This document shows, piece by piece, positions 11,544-26,122 of a DNA stretch of 64,000 bases (the stretch's first letter is position 1; every line of letters starts with the position of its first letter). This stretch comes from Octopus vulgaris (lineage: Eukaryota), in assembly GCA_951406725.2 (NCBI GenBank), contig OX597819.1:20832001-20896000 (forward strand). The letters are read 5' to 3'. The position numbers were made by a program, and so were the translations under genes. The notes below the pieces were generated by a model, which saw only the letters and a program-made list of their open reading frames with translations, was not told the origin of the DNA and ran no database searches.

Positions 11544-12968
11544 TAGATAGATAGATAGACAGATATGTGTGTGTGTTTGAATATATATGAAATATATTCT
11601 TCTGTGTATATGTACACAAACGGGCCCGTAACCGATCCACACAAATCTTGCATCGTATATACAATATTTGTTTTTAGAATTTCCCTGTGGTTTTGCTCGG
11701 CCTTGACGGCTTTTATCGATTGAATCGACCCCAGTTCTTGTAATTGAAGAATACACTAAAAACTAAGGCACCACAAACGCGAGCACGCGCACTCGCAGAT
11801 ATGTCTGTGTATTTGTGAGTGAACGAATGTGTTCAACTGCGATATGGACGTCCCTTCGAACGCCTCTATTCTTGCTTCTCACCTGCTCTTGATTAAGCTT
11901 GATACTTACTTGTCTTTTGTTTTGTTTTTTACCTAGCCATGCGCTACGCATTTCATTATTCATTTCGTCTACATGAAACAATTGGCTTTTACTAAACTGA
12001 TGAGGATACAGCGGTGTATTTTTCAACGATTTGAATTAGAACTTTTTGTTGCCTTGATCGGAAATCTTTGCAAATGTTTCTTGCCATGCATATGAACGTT
12101 TGCAAGCTTTGTAACATTTGCTATTTCCGTGTGATACATTTTCTTTTAGTTTGTTTAATTCTGTTCGGCAGACAGCCATTTCTTAACGCACACTATTAGA
12201 TTAGTAACAACTAACTTTTCTGTCCTGCAAGGACAAACCGTTTCCTTTCACATGATCAATGAATATTCATCAGAATGTTATTAACTATATTAGCCACGGA
12301 AGCCCCACAGGACAACATATCATTAACGGCCAGCTTCCATATTTATTCCGATAATGAATACAAACGGGGCATTCACGTCCTCCCCGAATTTTTCCACGGT
12401 GACCATCCTTAGATTTTAAATACAGAAAATCTAGCAGTCCGTCTGTTGCTACTCTGAGTGTCCCAGTTGATACAAGCAACCGAACTCCCTGCTCATGAAA
12501 TTAGAGTAATACACACACACGAGTATCATTAATATAGTTCTCAGTATGTTCCAGCGTGACAGAATGTGATGAAGCTGGTCCTGTGAAGATGAGGTACAAC
12601 TCTTGTTTGCTAGTTGAATAGCCGTGAAGAACGTCAGATAAGCTTTCTTCTCAACGGCAAAATGCGCCACCGGTAATCGAAGTAACGATCGTGATCCAAA
12701 TGTCCTAACCCACTTTCTTCCGTTCACCAGTATAGATAATGAACATCCATAAAATATTTTCAGTTAGAAGTCAAAGATATGACTGCGTGTGTCTCATTGG
12801 CTCACATTGATTCGTTGATTTTCTGAGGCAAAAGACACATTTGAGTCATTTTGTAAATGCTTCAAGTCTCACTTTCCTCTTGTTTTGAACTCGTTTTCAT
12901 ATTCCGGCATCAAACACATTTCTTTAGTATTCATCAGCACTATGCAGTATTTCTTTCACGTGTGTATC

Positions 12969-13031
<63 letters not shown>

Positions 13032-13799
13032 CGTGAGTGGGAGAGAGAGAGAGAGAATTTTCACATGATGACAATGCCAGCTAGGAAATACCTAAATTTC
13101 ATTTTCACTATTTTACTCCGATCATTAAAATTTTTAGGTATATATATTTTATTTTTTTGTGCAACAACGGCCTCGTTGTATTCTGCTCTTTTGCAGTTTT
13201 GGTGGCGTAGTTGAGGTTCATCTTGCTGTTTCTTTTTGTCTTTTCTATTCTGTTCTGGATTTCGTTGTTCGCGTGAAGCTTCGTTCAGTTACCGCACTTT
13301 AACAAAAATTCCTTACTTTTTTTCATTTTGTGAAATGTTTTCCAACTGTAGTATAATTAAATTCATTTTCCTTCTTTGTTTTCTGTCATACTGCATTTAA
13401 AGTTATTACCTGGGGGCGTTATCTATTTGCCTTGCAGTCAATTTGGTTTAAATTTAAACAGAAATAAATTTACAATGAAAACTTCGAAAATAGGAAGCCA
13501 TCTACCTCAGTTGCAATGGAAGAAATATCAACCATATTAGCTTGAGTTTTCTGAATTAAACTTCTAAAAGCAAACGACTTCTTGTTTAGCTCTGCTCAGT
13601 AACTAAATGCAAATAAAACACAGTGATAAGTGGCACATCTACAAAGGCTCAACGTAAACAACAGCAACAATAATAAAAACAAAGAAGAAAGACTTATAGA
13701 CTACCACTGATAATATATATATATACATATTTGTAAATGAAGGATTGACAAATTAAGTAAATATAAAGACTTGGAAATTGAAATACGAAAGATTGTGAC

Positions 13800-14075
13800 G
13801 TCTTAAAGCGGGAACTGTTCCTGTTATTGTAGTATGATAAGAAAGGGGTGTCAGAAACATGTAGACAGTATCCCAGGAGACTCATGTCTCAGAGAAATCC
13901 AAAATCATGTGCTGACAAGTACTGCCCACTTCCTTAGAAAAAACCTTATCAGTTTAAATGTATATGATGCATTACATGATGTTTCGCTACACTTCGCTTT
14001 CCCAAGATTTACTGTACATCTTTTATCCGTCACTTGGCCGAGTGATTGTAAGAAACAAGTAGAATTAAAGTAAAT
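13800..14075 (+). mobile_element. R4/Dong-clade LINE 3' end fragment
   Basis: Peptide MIRKGCQKHVDSIPGDSCLREIQNHVLTSTAHFLRKNL fits the R4/Dong C-terminus (IPG...L.EIQK.VL..TAHILRK.L); followed by a degenerate (AAC/AAT)n tract. Confidence 0.8.
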
Positions 14076-14177
14076 GATAACAACAATAACGATGATGACG
14101 ATAACAGCAACAACAACAATAATAATAATAGTAGTAACAACAATAATAATAGTAGTAGTAAAAGCAATAATAATAAA

Positions 14178-14425
14178 TGCCCCGGTGCAGTACCAGTCAG
14201 TGGCTCTCATGGCTTCTGATCTTAACTGATGGGAGTGTTATGATGTAAATTGATTTATCTTGGTATAAAAGATGGGCAACAGCAGGAGAAAAGCGTATAT
14301 TGTAGGGGCATGGAATTAACAAACGTTGAGAGAATGGAAGACCCGGGTGATGATGGGGGCAAGTACCTTGGGCTCATGGAGTTGGACAACATCTTGCACA
14401 GAGAGATGAAAGAAAAGTTTATCAC
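14178..14425 (+). mobile_element. Deleted R4/Dong-type element: putative 5' leader fused to an RT fragment
   Basis: 14178-14284 matches 23093-23193; it continues into GMELTNVERMEDPGDDGGKYLGLMELDNILHREMKEKF (YKYLG-type RT motif of R4/Dong). Confidence 0.7.
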
Positions 14426-17145
14426 TGCTAACTTTTCCGCCAGCTCTGCAACTTTTGTGGAGCAAATATTAAAACGAGTTAAGTCGTATGACTGGAATGA
14501 GATAATATATTTCAATAGATGTAATTAAGTAATGATTTACTTGAATTGATATTGGTTAGATGGATATAAAAATTAGCCCCAGCAATATTTGTGAACACTG
14601 ACATTACTGACTCAGTTTATCCGGCTTTGTGTGTATATAGAATGCATGGATAATTCCTCGCAACAGCATTCAATATTTTAGATTTTGTACAGTTATCGTT
14701 CCAGCTTTTGTTCTTACAAAGATCTTGTGGTGGGTGGATTAGTGGCTTATTGTGGTTGTTCTTTTGTCATTAAACTTCGTCTCCTCTGAATCGTTTTACG
14801 ACCAAATATGCACTGGCCATGACAGCCTATCTTTTTATATAATTTTGCATACTTGAGGAAATATAGATATTATTCTTCTTGATTTAAATAGGATGTAATC
14901 TGAGAAAATTTGGCGGCTATTATTAGCATGTGAAGCTGATTATTCGACGTTGTAATCAACATTTCCTGTAATAATCTCATGTCCCTGATAATACACCGAG
15001 ATCTCATCTCGTATAAATGTTGTAAAATTAAAAAATTACTATGATTTTAGGATAAATGATATTGTTTCAAGAAAAGGTAGAGCAAAAATCTTCATGGGAT
15101 TGGAACTCACAACCAGTGAATTCGTAGTCCAGAATAGAAACATCTTTAATAACTTAGAAATGAAATGATTCTCTTGAAATTCCTCTTGAGGCTACCTTCC
15201 ATATCGTTATGTGTGCCAAAGTGTGAAGAAACGGAAAGTAAAAGTAATATTGTGTGTGTAGTATGTGTGTGTGTACTCGAGAAAAGGAGAGAGAAAGAGT
15301 AGGCCTGAATATGTGTTTGTAACTCTGGTGGGATGTATTTGTGTGCGACCTCCTTAAGCATATAATGTGCAGGATGGATTAACGGAGATTCTTACCTGTC
15401 ACAATATAGAAAGATTTCTCATGGCACCGAAATGTGTAGTTACATTGTTTTGGCTATTCTAGTTCCCGAATAGAATTTTTTGCCCTGTTCGAGTATTTTG
15501 TCTCTTAAATAAATTTTATGCCTTGCAACCTTGATCGCCATCTTTTCCCTTATATAATCTGTTTCACCGCATTTACCACTATCGCTGGATCACAGCAGTA
15601 ACGATATTACAGTAAACGTTTCCGGTATTAATTATGCTCCGATTTATTCAAAAACTTTTCCCTGGCTAATAGTCATTTGAAGTAATGAAGAAGCTTATAT
15701 CACAGTCAATCTTATAGAAACAGGACTGAAAATTTCCTTATTCCAAATACTCTCATTTTAAAAATCTTATATATAGGAAAACATATTCAAGGATATTCAA
15801 AATAAAGGAACATTCACGGCTCTAACGACTTTCATAATAGGTCTTGTGAGTCAGAGCTAATCTAAACGTTACCCAAAACAGCAGCTGTAGCTACCTACAA
15901 AATAAAACAGCTTTATTCTCAGCACAATAACCACTCTGTTACCAAAATAAGCAAGGCCGGGTACAGCAGCACGACACATTCCTACTAAACAGTTAAAGAT
16001 CAATACAGAAACCAGTTCTGTTTCAATAACACATTTTAAATTCCACCTACTCCATTCTATGCATATCCGTTTAATACATTCCTACCTCCTTCACAAAAGA
16101 ACTATTGTATTTCAGTAAATTGATCATAATATATATTTCTCTAATTCTCATAACTAAACCCAAAAGCCAGACGATATACCATTGATTTTGACATCACGAA
16201 AGCGATTTTAGTTTTCCTTCGTGTTCTATTGTTTTGCAATTTTCATTTGTATTTTCCTCCCTCTCTTTCAAAATGTCTCATATCTGCAGTTGTTATTTCA
16301 TGTTGCAGCAGCACCAGCTCGCAGTTTCTCCCTCTTTTTCTTTGGCATTTTTGATTTTTCCATTGCAAATGTTGACAGTAGAATTTGGTACCATGACAAA
16401 CAAAAATCAAAATACAAAGAATACATTTCATTTCTCAAATTGTTTTTATGCAATTAATTTATTCTTGTTTCTTTTGAATTTTCTTTTCTTATTCGTCTCC
16501 TTCTTTTCATTGACTACTTATCATTAATATCATCATCATCATCTTTTATATCTATTTCCTGTAGATCCATGCGTTCTTTTCCCTGTACCACAAGGTGCAA
16601 CAGATTTCCTGTCGTCTTTGCAATGTTGTTTGTCTCGAGATTATAAAATGGCTTTGTCTTATACGTAATCTACTGCGTTTTTCTGTTCTTTATTGTTATA
16701 TCTCCATGATATTCATTTAATGTTGGGTTTCCTTATTAAATACTTTTAAAGTATTCTTTAGAATACGCACAATGTTAGTTTCATAAAGTTAAACAGTGTC
16801 TGAGTAGAATATGTTGCATAACTCGCAGTATTGGTTGGAAGTGTGATTTTGCTGAATAAAATCTAAATGAAGTGTGTTAATTCATGGATACCGGAAACAA
16901 GTCAAACGTATCAATTACATGAATTCAATGAAATAAGTTAAGGTCTTATATGCAGTATAACGGATGCAAATCTACATTTTAGCTGTGTTTTACGCTGCTC
17001 ATGTTTAAAACAATAAGACATCGTGTACTTGTGGTTAGCGTGTTGGGTTCAATATATTATGACATTGCGAAACCTAGAGATTTCTTTTCGGTATTGATTG
17101 AGTAGTAAGTATTTGATGCCATTACGGCAATTTCACATTATTTTT

Positions 17146-17377
17146 ATTTCTTTATTGCCCACAAGAGGCTAAACATCGAGGGGACACACAAGGACAGACA
17201 AAGGTATTAAGTCGATTACATCGACCCCAGCGAGAAACTGGTACTTAATTTATCGACCCCGAAAGGATAAAAGGCAAAGTCGACCTCGGCGGAATTTGAA
17301 CTCAGAACGTAACGGCAGACGAAATGAGGCTAAGCATTTCGCGCGGCGTGCTAACGTTTCTGCCAATTCGCCGCCTT
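17146..17377 (-). mobile_element. SINE family A (A2 tail) with diverged TSD
   Basis: Full head and core; flanks atttcacattatttt (~17130) and atttcccattaatttt (~17378). Confidence 0.93.
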
Positions 17378-20039
17378 ATTTCCCATTAATTTTGTGGCTA
17401 AATATAGTGAATCTACGACTAATGCTTAATGTTTCCCATCCGCTTTAATCCACGGGCTGTTTTTTGATTTCATGCTGATAAAATTTTTCCTGCTTGCAGA
17501 TCTTTTCTTCGTGTGTCGGTTTGTCTCGGAAGTAATACACGTGAAAAGTGATATTAACTATGAACATTTCTTTTCTCATATTAATTCCATTGCTGTTGGG
17601 CTCATATGCTCACCAACATTCAAATTACAGACAGTACTAACTAAATCGAATCCGTGTTTCTAAGTCAGAGATTTACATGAATAAACCAGATATACAGCAT
17701 TACAAACGGAATATATCTATACCAGTACATCAATAAAGTTATTTTATCAATCCAACCAAAAGCTTATGATGAATGTAACAGGATTTGAAGTTTGCAAAAG
17801 GTTTTCTTTCCCGTTGTACTAACTATTCAGCGTATCTGCTGCTAGTCAAGACTTAACATGATAACAGTGGATGTCATAAAAACACCTGGAAACGTGCTTG
17901 AATATATTATATTTAATCCATTTTCCTTTTCCTTCTGTTCGCATTTCGACGTCATCAACTTTCCATTTATCGAACACTTGTCCTCACAATGCACACAAGC
18001 CAAGCAATTGGAACTATTATAACACAATTTGCTTTTTTTCTAAAATGTTTCGTAGTTAACTAATTTTAGATAGCCTTAACCAGCTACTCATCGAGAGCTA
18101 CAATGACTCTATGTTAAATAATACGCATTCGTTGATGACACTATGTTAGCTGTGATGTTTTGAGTTACATTCGGGTACCTGTGACAGTATGCCACCGGTT
18201 CATCCTTATATGACTCTCCCGTCTAAACGCTATGCAGTCTTTTAATATAATTTCATCTGTTCATAATTGTTGGCACATTTAGGACGCTATTCGCCAAGAT
18301 TTAGTGACGAGGGCGTAAGAAGCTGGAATGATTAAGGGCAGAGGTTTTCTTCTGTCAAGCACTCATCGATTTTTCTTGTTCTATTTCGAAAGAAAACAAG
18401 GATGGAGACGGCGCATTTCTCTATATTGTCCAGAGAGACAACTGTATAGACAAAGACGGATGGAAGGAGGTGAACAGAAAAAAGAAGTGCAACGAAAACA
18501 AAAAACAATGTCACGGGTTTATGTTATGTCAGTCTGCCATGTTATGTTGAGGTGATAGAAAACCGATTAGAAAGATGTCTGTAGAGGTTTAGTAACCGTG
18601 ACAGAATAATACGGTCTGTTTATATTCCGAGACAATACCTGTCATCTTGGCATCACAACATACAAATCGAAGGCAGCAAAGGAAATATGCTACTTTAAAC
18701 GATGTTAGTCAGATCAGATAGTCATATATTTAGTAAACAGAAAGCATCCAGAGACAAGGCATTGGCAAACTAACAAACACCAGTTAACCCTGTACCTATT
18801 CATGCATATGTAGGCTTCTGTAAGGTTTTTGAGGAAGACTGGCAGTTTCCCAAGCTGGCAAATGTCTTCCTTCCCCACCTTACTGGTGTTTATGAAAGGC
18901 GAAGACCACCGAGTTAGGCAAATGATATTTGAATTGTGTCGTCGAAAGTGCTGTGGACAAAACGCAAAGATTTGCTGCAGATAGAGTAAGGAATCTTTCT
19001 CAAACATTTCAACGACCTCACCACGCCATTGATCTGGAGTAGTGTTTAGTTTACTGACCGCGAAAAATGTATGAATGGCAAAGCAGATCACTGATCTCTA
19101 ATAAAAGGGAGCAAATTGTGGGACGTATATCTGTTAACGATGGTAAAACTCTACCAATACGCCGCCATAGAGAGTTACCAAAATACATTAGGATCTATAG
19201 TTTTACACTGCAATAACACCTACTTGAATTATTTAGCAGAGAATAACGTTCCAAAGAAACATAGGAATATAAGTTTTCGTCAAACGTAGATTCTAAATAG
19301 CTTCGTTTTGCGGAGTTCTATTTCATTAAGAAATACAACACTAACCGTGAAATTCAGTGGAGACGTGGCGCGTAGATATAGATATTTAATATATATCCAG
19401 TCGTGTAGATATTTATGTGTGTCCGAAACCGATGTGCCAGTTTACTAATTTATCGTAAAGGATATATAAGAAATCGCCTGATGAAGTGTTATCACCCCAC
19501 AATGCCTGCAGTTAGATAGCTACGGAATAGAACTGAAACAAAGAGCAATGAGTTCGATAATGTGAATGCGATGTTGTTTATATCGTTCTGTTATCAACAA
19601 CATATAACCATCGTCTAAATAGGTTGCTTCAGATACAATTACAATATATATATTGATGCATATGTATGTGTGTATGTGTGTGCATGAATGTGTGTGTGCC
19701 TGCATGTGTGTGCATGCATGCGTGTGTGCGTGCATGTATGTCATTATTTAGTTTATTTCAAGATTTCATGCCCATAGCGAAAGAACAGGTTTCTAACATG
19801 GATCCAAGTTTCCTTCATCGGAATTTCAATATCAACAACAGGGTATGTATGAATGCTTTATGCATGTATTCTCATGCGTATAGTTGTATATATAGACACG
19901 CTGATATATATTTAAATGGCAAATTTCAGGTAAGTCTTACAGATTTTTACAGTTCCAGTGATGGATTGGATCTATAGTCTTCGAATTAGATTTCTCCTTT
20001 CTGATTTTGAGAAGCATAATATCTCAAGATTCGTATTGA

Positions 20040-21200
20040 GGCAGTGTGTTAGATATCCTAAATAATCATAATTGCAGGTATAAACCTGAACTTGTAATCT
20101 GGATAGAGTAACTGCAGAATTCTCAATAGTTCAGCATAAGTGTTCTCTTTTTCACTGATCTTCAGCTTTATGTCAACATCTGCTGGACAGCTAATTTCCA
20201 CAACTCTACACAGTTTCTTTTCTCTATCCCAAACCATTATAGCAGGTATGTTGTGTTTAGATTTTATTGAGTTCACTACGACATTACACCAATAATCCTT
20301 TTTATTATGAGTGTCTATGGCTTGAAACATACTGTGGGTTAATTCTTTGTCCTCAGGGTTATCCTTCCGACAGTTGTCATTATAGAGTGTCCTAGGTACA
20401 TCATCATGTCTCATACGTAGATAATACAGTGATGACATTTTCGGACAAATGATTATGATGTGGCTGGTATATTTGGTGTTAACTTCACAATGTCTGCACT
20501 GGTTGCCATATTTTACTGCTTTTCCTGCATCACTATCCCTTTTGTGCATCAAGTATTTGGCTTGTATTTCTTGTTCCCGAATTGCAAACACATACCCTTC
20601 AAAGTGGGAGGTAGTAATCCGGCTATTGGTCCATGATAGACTGCTTTTATGATCAATGTTACTTTCATCTCAGAACTTTCTACCAACATATCCATGCTTA
20701 CACCCTTCATATAGACTCATCATTTGATCGGACGATACGTTGCGGTGGAGTCGTGCGACGTCTTGGGGCATGTATTCTAGCTTATCCCACTAGGATGTTT
20801 GCTCAAGGAGCTGCCTTCCAAATATTACAATGTTATCAACCTCGTGTATGCAAACTTGGTCAAGGGATGCCCTTCGACACTTGGTGGTTAAAAGATGGTG
20901 CCTAAAGCATATGATCCGACATCCAAAGTCATTTTGGATCACTGTTATGTCTCTGTCACTTTGTTTTCGTTTTAAGTAGGGGCGGTCTACGTCACTGTTT
21001 ATGTAGAAATTGTGTGAGCTTGTTAGTATTTTCTAGGTTTTCATATCAATAGCTCGGGTCACATCAAGCGACCCAAATGTTGGTATGAGTACTGGTACTG
21101 CAAACACATTGTGGGTCACTGTTTTAGTGAATGCAGAGAGTTCAGAAGTCGAAGTATTTTTATTCGGTTGTTATATTCTATAGTGATACGTTTTTGTTAC
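20040..21200 (-). pseudogene. R4/Dong-clade LINE relic: end of RT, CCHC zinc knuckle and restriction-like endonuclease
   Basis: ORF 20058-20591: AIREQEI..KYL...CRHC...HIIIICPKMS..YYL.MRHDDV...HNIPAIMVWD..KK.C.VVEISCPAD..I..KISEKENTYAEL. Upstream HNVFAVPVLIPTFG...IDMKT.KILT. Confidence 0.9.
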
Positions 21201-21479
21201 AGGTGCCATTGCAAGATATTTTTTCATTTACCCCTAGATACCTGTAACATGTATGAATGGATGTATGTATGTAAAATTATTTGTATGTATTTTTAGATTG
21301 GATATTTGGATATTAATCTTCTACATCTATCGAGCAGAAATATTCACTGGAAACAGTAAAATTTGGCAAGGAAGAATAGGTTCTGTCTGTATTACCTGTG
21401 TAATGACCTTCGAATTCTTAAATATACATTCTCGTCTCTCTTCGTTTCTCTCCTAATTCATACTCTATACCCATCTCTC

Positions 21480-21760
<281 letters not shown>

Positions 21761-21788
21761 CTATATATAAATATATATATATAGAGTG

Positions 21789-21837
<49 letters not shown>

Positions 21838-21921
21838 TATATGTACATATGTGTCTGTGAGTGTGCGTCTGTAATTGTAAACATATAAAAGTATATGGAT
21901 ATATATGCATATATTTGCGTG

Positions 21922-21962
<41 letters not shown>

Positions 21963-22436
21963 ATTATGTGTGTAAGAAGACAAGCTCATAGGGGTCCTTG
22001 TATTTAAAGTTCACTCCTTGAATTAATATGGACGCGTATCAAAACAATGCTAGCAACATCGCCACCATGAACAAGAAACGAAATGTTATTAACAGTAGTA
22101 GCAAAAACAACTAAAACAACAACAAGAAATCTCTCGATAACAAGCATCGAATAACGAATAGCTACAATGACTACCAAAATAACATGGAGTATGACACTAC
22201 AAAACCATCCGCACATCCTTGCAATAACAAACCTTACTGAAATACATATTATATAATAATATTAATAACGACGATGATGGTGATGATGACAGATATAATA
22301 GAATAAATAACAGGAAAGAAAATGAAAAAGAGCGGTAGCATCGTAAATAACAATATCAACAACAACAACGATGACTATAAGGAAAATAAGAAGAAAAACA
22401 ATAATGATTATTATTTTTTAAACATTTTGACAGTTA

Positions 22437-22808
22437 TCTCTCTCTATATAAAGCTGAAGTTTTGTGTGTATGGCTGGTTTGGTAGCCTTCAACTAACACA
22501 ATCTCGTCCAAGACCCTGCGGCGCAAGTTGACCACAATTGAAAGTATGATAGAAGGCTTGCTCTTCTTCAAATCGGACCATGTTAACACCAAAAATTATT
22601 TTCATCAAAAAGGTGGATTTTTTCTATGAAAATCCCTATTTTTTACGATGTTTTGACTGCTGTGTCGCCATTTTTCGGTGTATTTCAACCAGAAAAATGT
22701 TCACTTAAAGAGAATAACAAGCTACATAAAGTAGAATATTTACTTTTCAAACATTCTAATTCTAAAGGGTTCGAAACAAACCCGAGCAACGCCGGGCGAT
22801 GCTGCTGG
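22437..22808 (+). mobile_element. Non-autonomous Helitron
   Basis: A|TCTCTCTCTATATAAA start; 3' hairpin cccgagcaacgccggg then CTGG|T. Same 3' end as 44811-45196. Confidence 0.75.
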
Positions 22809-22869
22809 TTATTATTATAACAAAAACAGTAATATTAGTAGTAGTAATAATAATAATAATAATGATAAT

Positions 22870-23050
22870 AAAAATAATTCTCAGGATAAAATTGCAGCTC
22901 TAAAAGTTATTCTCAACTCATCTGATTTCTTTGACCGCTGCTTCTTCCGCTCTGAGTAAGTTGGTTTGCTGAGCTCGCCCACAATCTTCTGAGCAATCGA
23001 ACGCACTGCTGGAGCCTGTTTGGGGGCATCAGGAGATAAGGGCGTAACAA
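22870..23050 (+). mobile_element. Possible CRE-type non-LTR 3' end fragment between (AAT)n tracts
   Basis: Frameshifted W...AR...AIERTAGACLGAS resembles the W.R.RLSFAI.R....CLRGSR C-terminus of CRE-like elements. Confidence 0.3.
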
Positions 23051-23056
23051 GAATGA

Positions 23057-23087
<31 letters not shown>

Positions 23088-23092
23088 AATAA

Positions 23093-23900
23093 TACTCTGA
23101 TGCAGTACCAGGCAGTGCCTCTCATGGCTTATCTTAACTGATTGGAAGTATTATGTTCATTGATTTGTGTTGACATAAAAGATGGGCTACAGCAAATATT
23201 CTGCTCAATATCACAGACTTGCTGGTCAGTTGTTTCACCCTAACCAGTTGAGCATGTATCTTAGTGGCTGACGATATATGCAGCTCTGAACCCAAGCAGA
23301 AGTTATGGGGAACATCATAGCATTGTGTTGAGAGGAATTCTTTGGGGATTGGATAAGTCCCCTTTGGAAACATGGCTGTTTTGTTCGTCATCCTTAAACA
23401 ACCCTTATTCAGGGACCTTTTGAGCGGGATGGGTTTCTCAACTTCAAAAAAATTCTAACTGGGCCCCACCTGCAAGGTCATACGCTGTTTATCTTGATAT
23501 GAGATCACCGTGTCACGCGCACGTGGTTGAGGTGCATGTACCTGGTGTACACTTATCATTCTGCCTAACAGAGTAATAGAAAGTGTGCGACTGCCTTAAT
23601 AGACAAAGAGAATAGAAAGTGCCAGACAACTGACATTTCAGGATCCAACAATTGTGGAAATCAATATGAGAGATGTCAATTACGTTACAGAGGCCATGGA
23701 AAGTGCGGGTTAAATATATCCTTGAAATTTTAGCTGCATTATGGATAGAAGAAATAGGCATAAACCTTGTATAGACCAACTCCAGTAACCAGTATTATTA
23801 GGCAAAGCTTGGATACTTAGACAGTTTCGTGTCATCTAAGGTTACTTGTCCTAGGAAGATTTAAGGAATTTTCCTGTTCCAACATTTTAATCTATGAAAT
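23093..23900 (+). mobile_element. Internally deleted R4/Dong-type element (long leader joined to extreme 3' end)
   Basis: Begins right after (AAT)n and shares its leader with 14178. Near 23780-23825 encodes DQLQ*PVLLGKAWILRQ (LQK.VLLGTA.ILR motif); ends in (GAT)n. Confidence 0.65.
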
Positions 23901-26122
23901 GATGATGATGATATTGGTGATGGTGGTGGTGATGCCACCTTATATATTTCGTGGCTTTTTCTTCTCACTGGCAGCAGATGATTTAAGTGCAGGGTACCTC
24001 AACCTTTATCACCTTCGGAAGAAAAAAAATGTTGCTAAATTGTTGCAAATGGAATTTCGGAGATGAAACAATCTTCTTTAGTCGTAGCTTCACCCACGGA
24101 ACTTGCGGATTTCCGTTGTTTCATTTTTTATATATCTAAATTTTAAAGCTTTTGCAGTATTTTCTGGTACATTTTTATACTCCATATACATACGTATATT
24201 CATGTGTGTGTGTATGTGTGTTGATTTGTTTTCTTTTAATATTTATCTTGGCTTTTTTATCACCTTTTCAAACCATCTTTGTTATATTCGTTTGGAAAAT
24301 TCGAAAAGCATCAGTATAGATTTGGATAGAGGAACAAATAGAGAAGATAATGGTTTTGTAATCTCTCTTACCATTGCTAACAACTAATTCAGCTCTTTTG
24401 TAGTCGCCAGTCTCAAATTTCCTAAAGTTTAGGGTTGCTGTTGTCTCGTTCACTTCCTCGGTATCTCATTCAAGGCGAGTAGCGTCGCCACTGGTCTTAG
24501 CTTGGAAGGTGAATGTAGAATTGCAGTTACTAGTCACTCTGGAACACTCTAATCTGTCAAAAATTACAACGAACAGAAGCATCAACAGCAGCGACACAAA
24601 CAACGACCACATTAAACACCCTTCCATTTAGAGAAAGTCTTACACTGATTTGATCAGCGATTTGAGCAACGAAAGGAAGAGAAAATTCGTCGACACCAAT
24701 AACCACATGTGCGTCACATCAAAAGCTGATTCCTCTTTCGCCAACGCAGCAGACAACTACAAAGGTCGTTCGTTTGAAGGCGATCGGGTGCGGTTGTGCT
24801 CTGTTCGAAATAATTAAATGTCTCTATCAAAGGAAAAGTGAAATATAGAGGCATAAAGAAAAAAAATATATGCCATGCAATCTGAGACGGGGCAATAATT
24901 GGAAGAGTGTTTGCTGAGATAGAAATTGTCAGATGTCAATTTCTCACAATGAGGACGCGAAGGAGGAAGAATACATGAAGAGTAGCTACCGTAATTTGCA
25001 TCCTTCTAGAATAGAGGATGTTATTCTTGTCTTTTGAAGCCCACACTGCAAAGAGAGCTGCTGTGTCCAATGTTTCACATCACATAGACTAAAACACATT
25101 AAATTATTCTATGATTACGCTCACAAAATATCAAGATTTTGTGCGTGCTAGAATTCATCTTGTTTTTGATGTTAACCACATGCGCAACTCAGCTCTGTTT
25201 AAAACACAAATGTTCTCCACTTGGGGCTATTTTCTATAAAATTTCTCCATATCTGTAATTCTGCTAAGATAATGTGTACACTAAATTGTAAAGACAGTAG
25301 ATTGTTATTTCAGAGACATTTGGATGTTATGTGTATCAGATCGCCTCAATGTCTCAATATAAAACATTATTATTATGCCTGATAAAGGAAGACTCTTAGT
25401 CTTTGAGCCAGTGAATATTTCTATTTTCACAACGGCAATAAAAGTAAGCCATAATTTCATGTTTATATCTCAAGGATTAAAGGTCGACAAAGCGTATTTT
25501 GAATTCGGGAGGAGAGAAATATTTTAACAGGGGCAATTAAATGTCATTTTCTATTCGCATGGTTAGCAGTAAACAAAGATGATTGCACCCTGGGTGACCT
25601 CTGACAGGGAGGTTATCACAGCAATAGATGAAGCTAAAGATGAGAGGAAGTCCACTTTTGTGTACCTCCTACAACGAGTGAGAAAAACTGTATCACATTC
25701 ATGGTTTCAAAACAACAAGAACAACCATACAAGAGTGACACTGACTGCATCAACAGTCAAGAGCTGTAGCAATTCTGGCAATAATTGTTATAGTACTCAG
25801 AATAATTAGCTCTGAAAGCAACAGTACCAACATCAACATTAAGAACTCCGACGCAAACAACGACACTGAAATTAATGACAGAATTTCCATTATCAAGTGT
25901 AACCGTATTCAGCTGGTTAGCAGCGATTACTCCAATACTCTAAGGAGTAAGTAATAAACAATGAGGCAACATTACAACTTGTAGTTGCTCTCCTTCAGAA
26001 CCAAAGAAGACTCTACATGGCCATTCTTCAATAGTCTAAACTCCTTGATCATACCCTATCTTTTGAAATATACCTCACTGGAAAATGTGATGCTTGGTTC
26101 CGTGCTCAGAGAAACGAAAATA

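Noticed and set aside
18714-19091. 125-aa minus-strand ORF
   Set aside because: No start or splice context; only a faint, frameshifted resemblance to transposon-associated proteins, too weak to call.
19410-19500. ccgaaacc followed by cctgatgaag as a permuted hammerhead
   Set aside because: No convincing stems could be paired by eye.
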